Assembly: GCA_964016885.1 (NCBI GenBank)
Contig: OZ024745.1
Location: 131,998,001-132,062,000, forward strand
Direction: 5' to 3'
Length of the DNA stretch: 64,000 nucleotides
Origin: Eledone cirrhosa
Lineage: Eukaryota
Positions 14,270 through 28,009 of the stretch are shown here, in pieces. Both the position numbers and the translations under genes were made by a program. Within the stretch, counting starts at the first letter, position 1. Every line of letters starts with the position of its first letter. The notes under the pieces are model-generated. The model was not told the DNA's origin. It made no database searches and was given only the letters and a program-made list of their open reading frames with translations.

Positions 14270-14830
14270 GCAGTTATTTTGGAATGTTTAACATATTTTT
14301 ACTGTTCCATTAATGGATTGTACTTGTAATTTCGTAACTAGTCGTGTTCTTTCTGCTTTTTTGAAGCCCAGCTTCTAAAGATTTGTACTGAGGCAGTTAC
14401 TAACATACCCCTGTGCCCCAATAGCTCTTTCCTATTATATACTCTTTCCTATTATGTATGTATATGTCTTCCACATGCACTGTAACTTTTAATGTGTTTA
14501 TTGTCGGGGATATCTTTTCTACGGATTGCATTGTACAGTGTTTTGGCGACTACATCATGCCTCATAGGTAGATATTACCGTGATGATATCTTTGGACATC
14601 TGCTTATGACATGGGTGACATATGCAAGGTTAATTCTGCAGAGTTTGCATTTGTTGTCACATCTAGGTGTTTTGCCTACATCCCTATCTATTTTGTGAAT
14701 CAGGTATTTTGTGTTGATTTCCTATTCTTGGATTGCAAATGCATATCCTTCTTATTTTTATGCAACCTGGCCACTGAAATGTGTATAGTGTTTACAGAAA
14801 TAAATAATTAAGGAAATACAACATATTTGG
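14270..14830 (-). mobile_element. RLE-type (R4/Dong/NeSL-like) LINE 3' fragment
   Basis: Manual translation EGYAFAIQE*EINTKYL...CKLCRINLAYVTHVISRCPK...MRHDVVAKTLY, i.e. a CCHC knuckle plus RHD motif. Confidence 0.75.
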
Positions 14831-14849
14831 CTTCTTGTCATTTTACTCT

Positions 14850-16428
14850 GGAGAAGCAGGAACTAAACTGGTTGTACGCATCATCAACCAAGCTATATAT
14901 GGCGGAGTCATACCCAAAGACTGGTGCAGCAGTATTCTTATAAATTGCTACAAAGGTAAAGGGGATTCTCTGGGGAGGAGCAATTATAGGGGCATAAAAC
15001 TGATGGATTAGGTTATGACAGTAGCAGAAAGAATACTAGCGCAACTAATTAGATGAAATGCAGTTTGGTTTTGTGCCTGGGAAAAGTACAACAGATGCCC
15101 TCTTCTTAGTGAGACAACTACAAGAGACGTTCTTAGAGAATAAGCCACTATACTTAGCTTTTGTTGACCTAGAGAAGGCCTTTGATAGGGTAGCCCGATT
15201 TGTCATCTGGTGGTCCCTAAGGAAACTAGGTGTTGAGGAATGGCTTGTGAGGACAGTGCAAACTATGTACAGAGGTGCTGTCAGTAAAGTGAGAGTAGGA
15301 ATGGAGTTTAGTGATGAATTCCAGATACAAGTAGGAGTACATCAGGGTTTGGTCCTCAGCCCACTTGTGTTCATTATAGTCCTCCAAACCATTACAGAGG
15401 AGTTTAAGAGTGGCTGCCCATGGGAACTTCTCTATGCTGACAATTTGGTACTTATAGGAGAATCAGTAGAGGAGCTAGAGAATAAATTCTGGTTATGGAA
15501 ACAGCAGTTGGAAGCAAGAGGACAGAGTAAAACTTAGCTAAGACTAAAGTGTTGATAAGTAGAAAAGAAGACAAAACTCTGATTCCATCAGTGAAATGGC
15601 CATGTTCGATATGTAAGAAAGGAACTGACATAAATTCTATAAAATGTACACAATGCAGATATTGGGTACACAAGAGATGTAGTAGGATAGCAGACAAACT
15701 AACAGGTAGGGAAAACTACGTATGCAGTAGATGTACAGGGAAATTAGACAGTAGAAGTCGCATTGATAGACACATTTTTCAAATGCAGGTGGGTGCTATA
15801 GAAGTAGTTGATAGCTTCCGATACCTAGGTGATCAGATTAGCATGGGAGGGGGTGTTCCGAGGCCATAGTATCTAGAATAAGGATGGGTTGGAAGAAGTT
15901 TAGGGAGCTGCTTCTTCTGCTGACAAAGAAGGGTTTCTCCCTGCGTACAAAATGCCGGTTATATGATGCCTGTGTGAGATGTGCGATGCTGCATGGTAGT
16001 GAGACATGGGCAGCAACTGCAGAATATATGCGACGGCTGGAGAAAAATGAAGCAAGCATGTTCCGTTGGATGTGTAATGTCAATGTGCATGAACGACCAA
16101 GCATGGATGAGTTGAGAGAGAAACTGTGTATAAGAGGGATAAGTTGTAGTGTGCGGGAGAGAAGACTGCGATGGTATGGACATGTGATGTGCATGGAGGA
16201 TGATCACTGGATAAAGAAATGTCAAGAAATCCCAGTAGAAAGAAGACGCAGTCAAAGAAGACCATGAAAAACACGGGCAGTGGTGGTGAGAGCAGACCTC
16301 AGATCGCTGAAGCTCACGGAGGAGATGACGAAGGACCGCGACAAGTGGAGAGATGCTGTGCTGAATAGGACCCGTCCCACACTTGCAAACAGGGAAAAGC
16401 GGACATAAAATGATGATGATGATGATGA
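14850..16428 (+). mobile_element. 5'-truncated RTE-clade LINE: reverse transcriptase with inserted PHD finger, inactivated
   Basis: YKGKGD..NYRGIKL, QFGFVPGKSTTDA, AFVDLEKAFDRV, GVHQG..LSP, LLYADN (YADD mutated), C4HC3 finger, RRLRWYGHV; frameshifts; (GAT)n tail. Confidence 0.92.
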
Positions 16429-16459
16429 TATATATAAGTGTATATATATATATATATAA

Positions 16460-16640
16460 AGTGACAATAAGAATTGCAGCTTTTTGTAAACTTTATTTCA
16501 TATTACAATTGTTTCTATATCGATCAGCTCGGGTTTGATCAGGTGATCGGATCCTGACTCTTAATCCATACTTCTTCAGATATGAGAGTTTACATGGGTG
16601 GTCTCATGTAAACTGTTGACATATATCCTGTGTTTTATAT
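16460..16640 (-). mobile_element. Penelope-type LTR end with hammerhead-like motif
   Basis: Minus strand reads ctgaaga...gaaacaattgta followed by aataaa, adjacent to a TA run. Confidence 0.4.
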
Positions 16641-16847
16641 ACATGGGTTGTGGTGGGTGGGAGATGGGTGTGTGTAGATGGTGAATAGTGATAATATGAC
16701 AGAAGTGATGAATTGTAAAGAATTGTAATTGGGATGGCTATAGAATGTTTTTAGATGAAATTATATCAAAATTGGGAAGAATGAAAGGGAACCAGCTGTG
16801 GTATTATTTAAAACAGTGGTCAGCAGGAATTGTAAGGTCAGCTAGTC

Positions 16848-17035
16848 TAATTGTTTCTACTTTTAGCACAAGGCCAGCAATTACCCAGTACATTACTGGT
16901 ACTTTATTTTATCGACCCCGTAAGGATGAAAGGCAAAGTTAACCTCGGCGGGATTTGAACTCAGACTGTAAAGGGCCGTAACTATGCTAGAAAGCATAGC
17001 GTCCGACCCTCTACCGATACTGCCAATTCACCGCT
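16848..17035 (-). mobile_element. Full-length Nin/Deu-like tRNA SINE
   Basis: Head with B-box gagttcaaatcc and central aactttgcctttcatccttacggggtcgataaaataaagtaccag; multiple copies in the window. Confidence 0.85.
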
Positions 17036-17376
17036 AGCATAATGGTGACAAGAATGGCAGGTGGGGTTATATTGGTATGAGGGATAATGGTAAATATAGA
17101 AGTGAGGGGGAGAAGAAGGAGGAGGAGGATGATAAGTAGAGGAGGAGAGGGTAGAGGGGGCGGTTGTGTTGTTTATGATGAATATGATTGTGATGATGAT
17201 GATGGTGGTGGTTATGATGAGGGTGATGGTAAATTAAAAGATAAGGGGGAAGGTGGCGAAGATAGAGATGGTGAGGTTGAAGATGAATTAGTGTTATATA
17301 TATATATACACACGCCCACTCTCAAGCGTGAAACTAATACAAATATCATTTGTACTGCCTCTCTGTTCATTTATTA

Positions 17377-17443
<67 letters not shown>

Positions 17444-17444
17444 T

Positions 17445-17625
17445 TTGGTGGCATTTGTTGTCCCAGAAAAAGCTTTTGACAGGGAACCAACCTCTCTAGT
17501 TTAGTGGTTGCTAAGAAATCTGGATATTGATGAATGGCTTGTGAGAGCCATGCAAGTCATGCACTGGAAGACTGTCAGCAGGGTTACAGTTAACAATGTG
17601 TTCAGTGAAGAATTTAACATATAGA
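17445..17625 (+). mobile_element. Degenerate RTE RT fragment
   Basis: AFV.PEKAFDREP..VWWLLR...DEWLVRAMQ-like, homologous to 15160-15330. Confidence 0.6.
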
Positions 17626-18149
17626 TATGTATATATAATCTCATTATCAACAGCATTTTATTCCATGCTTGCACTTATGTATATATAAGTTATATAACTC
17701 TATATATATCATTCTGTACACACAGAAACACACACACACATACATGTAAAATATATATAACGTATCTGATGCAGTATGAATTTGCTGATTCTATGATGAC
17801 TTAAGTAATTTTGTCACGATAGATACTTTGATATATTATAATAATTATTAAAATCCCTGTTGGCGACTACCTGCAGCTGAAGCAGATATCTGCTAAATAT
17901 AAGGAGCAATTGTATGTGCATGTAAAGGAAGAATTAATATAGAAAAGGCTGTTATCAACACCTGAGCCAAAATTAGGATGCACCAAACCATTTGATAGGA
18001 TTTCTATATGAAGATGAACTCTTTTGTTACAATATTTCTAAGGAAAGATACTACCTATGAGTTTATAAATAATTAAGAAGTTTAATTGATTTAGTATTAA
18101 AACTAATTTACTCTGTTGTTTGTAACATGACTTAACAAAGGCTCTTACA

Positions 18150-19855
18150 TAAAATTATGATCAAAACTTTTTAGAAAAATATAAATATTTTCAAATAAAC
18201 AGTTTTTTAACATATAACCAGGAGTATTTTCAGGCAGTTTCATATCAAAATATTACTATTGACATTGACATTGACATTGACAGATAATCTGGTACTTATT
18301 CCTTAAAGGAGACAAAGAATGGTCATATAAAAATAAAACAAAATGGCAGGCGATCTGTTGCAGAGCCGCCTGGGCTCAGTCAATACCCTTCAACTGCTGG
18401 AGATGTACAAACTATTACATAAACTGAAAGGAGGGGGAAAGCTGGACTGAAGCAAGGTCAATAGAATAGTTAAGGTATGCTGTATTCAAAGTAAACAAAA
18501 AAAAACTGGTTATATTGCTAAAATGTATTCTATCTGGATATGTTTGATATATGCAAACAAAGACTAAAGATAGGCAGAAAAAGAGAAAGGTGTGGATGAC
18601 AAGTGGAAATAAGGGAGATCAAGAAACAAGTATTTAGAATTAAAGGAAGAGCTTAGACAATGAAGAACATGAAAGGAATCCAGATCTCTGTGGAGACATA
18701 GTTGAGAGACATGCAGTGCCAATAGAGGAAGATAAAAATCAAACTAGCAGACGAATAGAGGGATATTCAAGAGTAAGAATTAAACCTGGTTTAAATAATA
18801 CAGGTAAAAAAAGTTGCTAATAATGAGGTTTTGTCACATGTGATGTGCATCAAATCTAATCTCAAGACTGATCCAAGAAAGAAACTGTAAGCAAGAAACC
18901 TGATTCTTGCTGTAAACACTTGACCCATATCTGTGATACAGTATACTGCTAGGATCCTCAAGTGGCTAAGGATGAGGTTGATAAGATAGATCATAGAACA
19001 ACAAACATGATGACCATGCACAAAGCATTACATTGAAAATCAAATGAAATCAGCAGTATGTAAAATACACAGGAAAAGGCAGACATCTGTTAGAGATTGT
19101 ATAGAGAATGAGAGGTGAGCTATTAATTGTCACCCAATAAATAGCAATTAAAGACTTCTACAATATGTAATAGGAAAGATGGAGGGTAAAAAAGTGTTTG
19201 AGACAGATCTCTGCAAAAAGAAAAAAACAAACAAGAGAAGCATTCCATGGCCAATATGAAGGACAAATTTGAAGTAAAGACTAACATGTCTTGGAATTGG
19301 TTCTCTTGCAGTGATCTATAAAGGGAAACTAAAGCCCAGTTGATATCAACACAAGACTAAGATTTGAATCCTAAGTCGGTGACTTAAACATATCATTATC
19401 TACATTATATTTATCAGGTGTCTAATAAGTAGCACCAGCAAATCTCAGAAAGGGTTCTTTATGACAGAGACAAACCAAAGATGCTCTAAGATTTCATTAT
19501 TTAAACAAACTGCAGACTTGAACACAACAAACCTGATATTATAGTTATGCACAGAAATAACCATGAATACCAAATTATTGATGTTACCATTCCAGAAGAC
19601 CACAACATTATCATCATCATTGTTTAACATCCCACACTAGAATGGGTTCTTGAAAGAAATTGAAAAAGTAACAAAATATTGAAGATAGATATTTCATGAA
19701 TGTGGTCCACACCACAATGTCAAGATAATTGCATTTGTAGTAGGAGTGGTGGGCTTGATACCTCTGAGGGGGGGTCTTAAGGAGCTTGAATCACTAAATA
19801 AAGAAGAAGAAGAAGAAGAAGAAGAAGAAGAAGAAGAAGAAGAAGAAGAAGAAGA
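18150..19855 (+). mobile_element. Highly degenerate R4/Dong-like RLE LINE with a (GAA)n tail
   Basis: Traces ARNLILAVNT, YTARILKW, MTMHKALH, KPDIIV, EIEKVTKY, FVVGVVGLIP, with many stops and indels. Confidence 0.6.
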
Positions 19856-20999
19856 GCAACAACAACAACAGCAACGATGCCAGCAGTAGAAAGTTGAGGA
19901 GCAAACAGAACAATATCATATAAGTAATTCTGAATCATATCATATACACAAATTTTATTTCAGGATGGTGACTAATACAAAAAGCTAATCAGTTGTCATG
20001 ACGACCACATAACAATTTGAGTTTGTTTGATATATTTTTATTTTTTGCTTATGTGAACATAATTTCCACTCTGTGGTAAATCTATAATCTATATGGTGAG
20101 GTAAAGATCTAGAATACTTAAACAGACATTAACAGATGTAAATCTTGTCGGCTGAATCAACGTTTGTTTCATTGATTCCTAATACAGGTTTCTGGCGTGA
20201 AATTCTGTTTAATAAAAACAGAATGCAATCATGCTTAGTTTCATGGAAAACTGTTGTTAAAAATGATGATGGTGAAGATGGAGATAAGGCACATTGTTCT
20301 TATCTATCTATCAGTTTGTCTGTTGTCTGTCCAACCCTCCATCTCTCTCACTCTATTTGTCAATCTCTCTATGTACCTGCCTATATATATAGTAATAATA
20401 ATAAATTTGAAGACTAAAATCCGAAGATCCCGTTAAGGGTGAAAGCAGCGATTCTTTGCTTAAACTTTAATCTGTTATTTTAATAAATATATATATATAT
20501 ATGAGGAGTGGGACTTTGACAACAACCAAATAGCCAGAAACAATGCTGTCAGTTGCTTCCCCTTGCTTTAGCTGGAACAAGGTTGATGTATTTAATCACA
20601 TTTAAAATTCATAGCTAAAGGCTTTCAAATGTTTATTTGTAAACATATTGTATATCATTCAATATACAACCTTCACATACATGTATGTGAGGGTTGTATA
20701 TCATTCAATATACAACATTCACATACATGTATGTATACAGCTATGCTGGAGTAAACATCCTAATTCTAATTCTCTTTATATATTTATCTTTCTATCTACT
20801 TATTTACTTAACTATCAGTCTATTTCTCTATCTACCTACTTATCAATCAGTCTGTCTGTCCACCCATCTGTTTAGCTGTCTATCTACAGCTATTTTATAC
20901 CTATTGATTTATGTATATTTAACAAACAAAGAAGAACAACAATAGCAACAAGAACAAAACACAAATTCCAATAGCAATCTGAAGATAGAATGATGTGTA

Positions 21000-21934
21000 G
21001 ACCAATGTCGGGCAATGTGATCAGTGGAAACTCCACCTTGGCGTTCTATAGAAGATTAGTGGAGGGGAAGAGCAATGACGTACTTGCAGAAACTCTAGGC
21101 GTCGACGAAAATCAACTAGCAAATCTCTTAGGTAGGACTTTCGGGCCGGGGCCTATGGACAACTTCCAGAAATCCCTGGCCTGGCAGTGCTACCGAGGAG
21201 CTTTGCTAGTTCGGGATAAACTCTACAGGCGTGGAAGTGCCGTCAGCCGGGCATGTCCGAGATGCACGCAGGGTGACGAAACCGTCCTGCACGCACTCAT
21301 CCAGTGTCCGAGCATTGCTGACTTGTGGGTTTATATCGAACACCTGCTGTCACATGTAGGACGGATCCAGCTATCAGCTGAGTCCATCGTGAGGATTGCC
21401 CCGCCCTCTTCCTTTAGCCGGGAAGGGCAGGCAGTTTTTATCTGTCTGGTGGCCATGGCGAAAGAGATAGTATGGTGGACACGTTTGAAAAGGCTGAAGA
21501 CGAGCACTTACCTCTTCGGTGATGCCCTGATTAACTTTTTCAAATTTCATTTGAAAAAGAAAATCATGGTAGAGCGGGAAGTGCTCTCTTCCCAGCATTT
21601 TGTTGAAAGATGGGTGAGAGAAGCAAGTATGGCCCAGTGAATGGGCCTACTCTGAGTATGTGTCTGTAAATTAAAGGTGGAAAACTGGGAGAGGGCACTT
21701 GCCCTGGTGGTCAGGGTTACTGTGGCCTTTTACTGGGCTTTCTCCACAAATGCCCCTCGGAAGTCTCCCTCCTATTGGGGAATTTTTCATTGTTATTTTT
21801 TATTACATCCTCTGTATTTTTTTACACGCAGTAATGCCCATTTGTACCGTCATGTATTGTCCTGTACTGTCCTTAATGTCTACTTTATGTAAACCCTTGT
21901 AGTTAATAAAGAAAGCATTATTATTATTATTATT
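21000..21934 (+). mobile_element. 5'-truncated copy of the L1/Tx1-type element (zf-RVT region plus 3'UTR)
   Basis: Closely similar to 27033-27960; CPRC...ETVLHALIQC knuckle; ends aataaagaaagc(ATT)n. Confidence 0.92.
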
Positions 21935-22149
21935 GAATGCTATGGTTGACGGAGGCTCGGCTCTGTAAGGTATTGTAAATTTTGACCGCTATAACAATTG
22001 TAAATTGTTTAAAACTTTAACCAACTTGTAGACAAAAACACCCTCCTCCTCGTGAGAGGGCTCTTTCTGCCCGTTATTTGGCCCTTCGGGGTTAAATAAC
22101 CGCCTATTGGGGTTTTGTGCCCAATATTTATTTTAAACAAAAAAACAAC

Positions 22150-22512
22150 ATGGCTACGAAAAAGAATTTTCATAGGTCACTCCCACTCATTCCGTCTTCT
22201 TCTTCCTCAATCGTCACTACACCAGAGAGAAGATTGTCTCTCTCCCTCCCTTCTCTAAATGTGTCTCTCTCCCTCCCTTCTCTTTCGCAAGCGACGCCAG
22301 AAAAGAAAAATCACGTGCAAAGCGAGCAAGATTTCTCCACGACGACGACGACAACGACGAAAAAGGTGTGCGGGAAATACGAAAACCCATTTCATTCGTC
22401 TGACGTCAGGAATAATAGCAGTAGCAGCCGTAATAACAGCAGCAACAGTGACAAGGAAAACAACAGTAGCAGCCGCAACAGCATCAGCAGCAGCATAAAC
22501 AACAACAGCATT

Positions 22513-22543
<31 letters not shown>

Positions 22544-24279
22544 GCAACAACAACAACAACAACCACAGCAACAGCGGCGGCGGCAGTAGTCGTAGTACCT
22601 GCAGCAACAACAAAAGTAACAGCAGCTCTGACGACAACAACAACAACAACAGCAGCAAAGAAAAACCAATCTCGTTTGCAGGTATCGCAAAGAACCTGGA
22701 AACAATCCTCATAACAAATGAGGAATTAGAGGAAGCGAAGAAGATGGTGACAAAGACTGGACACCGAGCAATCTGCAAGGCAGCGGAAACATTTTTCGAA
22801 ACCCAACAGCACTGTACGGTTACGTACCGTACAGTAAGTACAAAATCCCGTAGGGTTGAAAGAGCCACAGAGGCTCAAATACAAAAAGCCTTGGGGTCTG
22901 TGTGGCAGCGGAAAACGCACATCACTCGAGGCAAGAAATATGCCACCGTAGACGTACTTTTTGCCACACCCCAGGAGGCAAAGGCTCAATCCTTAGTGAC
23001 CCTAAGGAGCGAGGAAATGGTGTTGGTGCCCTCCTACTGCGGGCAAAAAATTGTGAGGGTCAAACTGACCCACGTCCCCCCCGGGATGGCCCCTTCTTGG
23101 CTGGCCGCGTCTGTCCTCGTCGGAATAGAGGACAAAACAACTGTACTGCAAGTAGAGAAAAAAGTAAGAGAAGATTGAGTCGGCACCTCCATTGAGATGT
23201 TAATCCAAACCAACCAGGAGTGCATCGAAGCTATCCCGGATGTGATAGACTTCGATAACGGCACTCAACTGCCCATAAGTGTTGAGGGCAAACGCCCGAA
23301 ATGCTTTCGCTGTGGATCGAAGACTCACCTCAGGGCCTTCTGCAACGAGAAGACCCTGAGAAAGGAGAAAACCCCCCTCCTTCCGAAACCGGCTCCACGG
23401 CTACCAGCAACAGGACAAGCGGCAACCAGGAACGATAGGTCCGTGGCACCCATACCCACGCCACGGAAATCAAAAACAGCAGCAGCAGTGGAAGTATTAA
23501 CAACAACAACAGCAATACCAAATGCAGCTGCAACAGAGACTCCAGTGCAAACATCACCAACAACAAGTGAAAGAGTGGAGCTGGTACCCCTCCCCGACCT
23601 CACAGAATCAGACATGGAGTGTGAGGTGGGAGAGGGATAGCAAAAGGTCGTAAGAAGGCACAAACGCAGAAGCAGCGCATCGTCGCCTTTGAAAAGGGAG
23701 GAAAGAAATGAAAAAAGGGTAAAGGCTACTGCAAAGAGACTCACAGCAGCAACACCACCAACACCATCACCACCTACACTAGCACCACCATCACCACCGG
23801 CGACAACCCCACCGCCAACAACACCTTCAACACCACCACCACAAGCACCAACATCGCAAACACAACAACAAAACACACACACCTAGCAACAACGACAAGA
23901 AAATAGCAGAACCACACCCCACCCCCAGAAAAACAAATGCACGGCAATAAATACACACAACAAGAAACTAATGACTTACATAATTGAACACACTGACATT
24001 TCACAACACGACTACATAATACCAGCACCAATCAAAACGCCAACTAACATAAGACTGCTAAAAATAGCACAGAAAGAATACACAAACATTAAAACGAAAT
24101 TCCCCAACGCAGTTGGTGATTTCAGAGACCTAGGAGGGACACCCAACCGAAGAGTATATTCGGACATACTCATAGAAGAACCGACGACCAGCCGAAGGGA
24201 TGATTCAACGGTCCCTTCACCAGACGATCAAGTGAAAAGGGATGGAAAAACCATCCCTCCTCTACGAAAAGTACGGTAA
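22150..24279 (+). pseudogene. Tx1-type ORF1 (gag-like nucleic-acid-binding protein) with 3 in-frame stops
   Basis: ORF-track pieces 22117, 23197, 23689 and 23971 share one frame; ISFAGIAK and VEGKRPKCFRCGSKTHLRAFC (CCHC); stops at 23176, 23638 and 23884. Confidence 0.8.
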
Positions 24280-24314
24280 GTGGTCTTTCCCATCTTTTCC
24301 ACTCTATTTTAAAC

Positions 24315-27300
24315 ATGACCTCACTCAGAATAGGCAGCATAAATGCGTGTGGCTTGGGGTCGTCATGGAAGCAGGGTCACCTGCTCAACGACCTCAGGTC
24401 ACTAAACATAGATGTAGTGGCCATCAACGAGACCAGAATCTCCGAAGCACGGGCCTTCGCACCGATCTTCGGCGGCTACGATGTGTACGCATCTCCCAGC
24501 CGTCCTGGAGCGGGGGAGGAGTTGCTGTGCTTTTTCGGAGAGGTTTGGATCTCGCCATACGGGCCATCTTCCTGGACCCAGAGGGTAAGTTGGTGGTGCT
24601 GGACGTGACCAGCGGAGACGGGCAAGCTTTCAGGCTAGTGGCCGTCTATGCCCCGACAGGAGCAGGGCGGCCTGATTTCTTCCGGCGTCTGGAGACCTTT
24701 CTTGGAACGTCCCGCTCTTTAGTGTTAGTGGGCGACTGGAACGGGATCTTAGATGTACGCTGGGATGTGTGGGATTAGCGGATAGGGGTGGAGGGTGCAA
24801 GAGCCTCACCAACCTGCTCAGGCGTTTTGCACTGTCTGACAGGTACCGATTGGATTTCCCGAATGTGCCAATGTGGACTTGGACAAATCGCATAAGATCA
24901 TCCAGATCATATCTAGATAGAGTATTTTGTAGGGAAATAGATAGGTCTAGCATAGGCTGTCCACAATTCAAGATAGTCAGCTACACGGACCACAAATTCG
25001 TGATCTGTGTGCTTGACTTAGATAGGCTTCATAGACTAGGACCCGGCTACTGGAAGCTAAACGCGTCCTTACCAGCGCGCAAGGCCTACAGAGACCGGAT
25101 TAGCGAACTAGTTAAGCGGGCGTTGACGGGGGCCATCGTCAACAACAAGTGGTGGTTTGCTCTGAAAAGAGCGATTAGAATAGAATCGATTAGGTTTGGT
25201 AAGGCTTTAGCAATAGAGAAAAATAGAGCAGAGGGAGAACTAGTTAAAAAATTAGACGAGGCGCTTAGCAAAGGCATTGCGACCGACGTGCTTGCGGCGA
25301 AATTGGCCCTTCACCAATTCTTCAATGCAAAGCACGAAGGCTGCGTTGTCAGAGCTAGGGTGCGTGCTCTCAGACACGAGGGGATGAAAGCCAATGGGCC
25401 TGAGTGGAGGCGCGTCGTGGCAACAAAGCCACGATCCGGTCTTTGGTGGACCACGACGGGCGCATGCTACTCGATCCTGGGCAAATGTGTGAAGTTTTTC
25501 AGCGACACTTCGCTCAGCTGTTCGGGGGAAGCGGTGGGCCGGGTCGAGGGATGGACTTTAGTGTCTACCTCGACGGACTGCCTCGGCTCTCGGCCACTGA
25601 GGCGGAGTGTTGCGAAAAGCCGATAACAGCCGCTGAAGTAAGGGAGGCAATGACTGGCTGCACAAGGGGTAAATCGCCTGGTTTGGATGGTCTGCCCTAT
25701 GAACTTTACGTACAGATGCCAGACTTGTTCGGAGGCCTCTTGGCGGACGTCTACTGCAACTGGCAACAGAACGGGAGAATTCCCAGTTCTGTGAGCCGAG
25801 GAGCAGTGGCACTGCTGAGAAAGGATCCGAACAAGGGCGATAACATAGATAATTTCAGGCCCATAACTCTGCTAAACACAGAGTTCAAGATTTTGGCCAA
25901 GGTGCTAGCAAAGAGGTTGGCGCTTGTCGTTGGTGGTCTGGTGGGAGAGGCGCAGACATGCGCCATCCCGACAGATCCATCCAAGACAACCTCCACCTCA
26001 TGCGATACATCATAGAGAGGGTAGCTAGGGAACCTGGCACGGGTGGGTCCTTGATCAATTTAGATCAGTCGAAAGCTTTCGATAGGGTCGACCATTGTTA
26101 CCTAGCGGCAGTCCTGAGGGCGGCTGGCTTTGGGCCCGTCTTCAGAGGCTGGATCGCTGCCATGTACAGCGACATCTGCTCTGTGGTGAGAGTGAACGGT
26201 CACCTGTCGGAACCGTTCAACATCATGCGCTTGGACCGCCAAGGATGTCCCCTCTCATCCCTCTTGTACGTATTGACTCTCGAGCCATTACTGCACAAAC
26301 AGGAGACGTTGAGGGGCGTCCCGCGCGAACTAGGATGCGGAAGATCCGTGGCAGCATATGCGGACGATGACACCGTAGTGGTGTCGAACGCCAAACACAT
26401 CGAGGCGATTGGCACTACACTAAGAGAATACGAAGCGGTGACAGGAGCAATGATCAACCAGGAAAAGTCAGTGGGCCTGCAGCTCGGCACCTGGAAAGGC
26501 AGGTCCATGCCGTCCAACAGCGTCGTCGGATGCTGGACGGACGGACCGGTTAAATTGCTAGGGGTCTGGTTCGGTCCGGGACGAGGTGACGAGCAGGGTC
26601 GCTTCTCTCACCCAGAAATGGGCGGAGAGGAAGCTATCCCTGAAAGGTCGAGCGGAGATGGCTAACGCGTACATCGCATCTGTCATCTGCTACCGCCTGA
26701 CCGTCGTACCTTGTCCTAAGCCCCGCCTGACTGCGCTGGAGCATTTGCTCTTTCGCTTTTCATGGAAGGGACGCGCTTCGATGGTCAGGCGGTCCATCTG
26801 CTGTCAACACCCGCTACGTGGAGGGCTGGGAATGCCGTGGCTGATGATGTGCAGACACACGGTCAGGCTACGACATCTCCACCTCTTCCTCGACGGTGAT
26901 CAGGTGTGGTCGCCGTTTGCTAGACACGTATTTCCCCAGCTCGTTTCCTTAATGGAGCTGCAGTCCTGGGTCAAGCGAAGACCGAGAGGGAGCGCCTGGA
27001 GACTGGAATGTCTTCAGGCGCTCACAGCCCTCGACCAATCGGGCAATGTGATCGGTGGAAACTCCACCTCGGCGTTCTATAAAGGATTAGTGGAGGGGAA
27101 GAGCGACGACGTACTTGTGGAAACTCTAGGCGTCGACGAAAATCAACTAGCCAATCTCTTCGGAAGAACTTTCGGGCCGGGACCTATGGACAACTTCCAG
27201 AAATCTCTGGCCTGGCAGTGCTACCGAGGAGCCTTGCCAGTTCGGGATAAACTCTACAGGCATGGAGGTGCCGTCAGCCGGGCATGTCCGAGATGCGCGC

Positions 27301-27701
27301 CGGGCGACGAAACCGTCCTGCACGCACTCGTCCAGTGTCCGAAAATTGCTGACTTGTGGGTTTACGTCGAACACCTGCTGTCGCGTGTAGGACGGATCCG
27401 GCTATCATCTAAGTCCATCGTGAGGATTGCCCCACCCTCTTCCTTTAGCCGGGAAGGGCAGGCAGTTTTTATCTGTCTGGTGGCCATGGCGAAAGAGATA
27501 GTATGGTGGACACGTTTGAAAGGGCTGAAGACGAGCACTTACCTCTTCGGTGATGCCCTGATTAACTTTTTCAAATTTCATTTGAAAAGGAAAATCAGGG
27601 TAGAGAGGGAAGTGCTCTCTTCCCAGCATTTTGTTGAAAGATGGGTGAGAGAAGCAAGAATGGCCCGAGTGAATGGGCCTACTCTGAGTACGTATCTGTA
27701 A
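24315..27701 (+). pseudogene. Tx1-type ORF2 (APE endonuclease + reverse transcriptase + zf-RVT), about 5 frameshifts
   Basis: SINACGL, INET, GGGVAVL, VYAP, VGDWN, YLDR, TDH, GYWKLN, KSPGLDG, FRPITLLN, DQSKAFDRV, RQGCPLS, AYADD, GGLG, CPRC..H..C. Confidence 0.92.
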
Positions 27702-27950
27702 ATTAAAGGTGGAAAACTGGGAGAGGGCACTTGCCTTGGTGGTCAGGGTCACTGTAGCCTTTTACTGGGCTTTCTCCACAAATGTCCCTCCGAAGTCTCC
27801 CCCCTATTGGGGAATTTTTCATTGTTATTTTTTTGTTACATCCTCTGTTTTTGTTTTTTACACACAGAAATGCCCATTTGTACCGTACTGTATTGTCCTG
27901 CACTGTCCTTAATGTCTACTTTATGTAAACCCTTGTGGTTAATAAAGAAA

Positions 27951-28009
<59 letters not shown>

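Noticed and set aside
20188-20271. Candidate exon GFWREILFNKNRMQSCLVSWKTVVKNDD
   Set aside because: Its 3' half resembles the decayed RTE/SINE tail (catgct..catggaaaa..gttaaaatgatgat) and the donor site is weak
21000-27960. LTR pair flanking a retrotransposon
   Set aside because: The direct repeats are ORF2 C-terminus plus 3'UTR with (ATT)n tails, i.e. tandem LINE copies. There are no TG..CA ends or integrase
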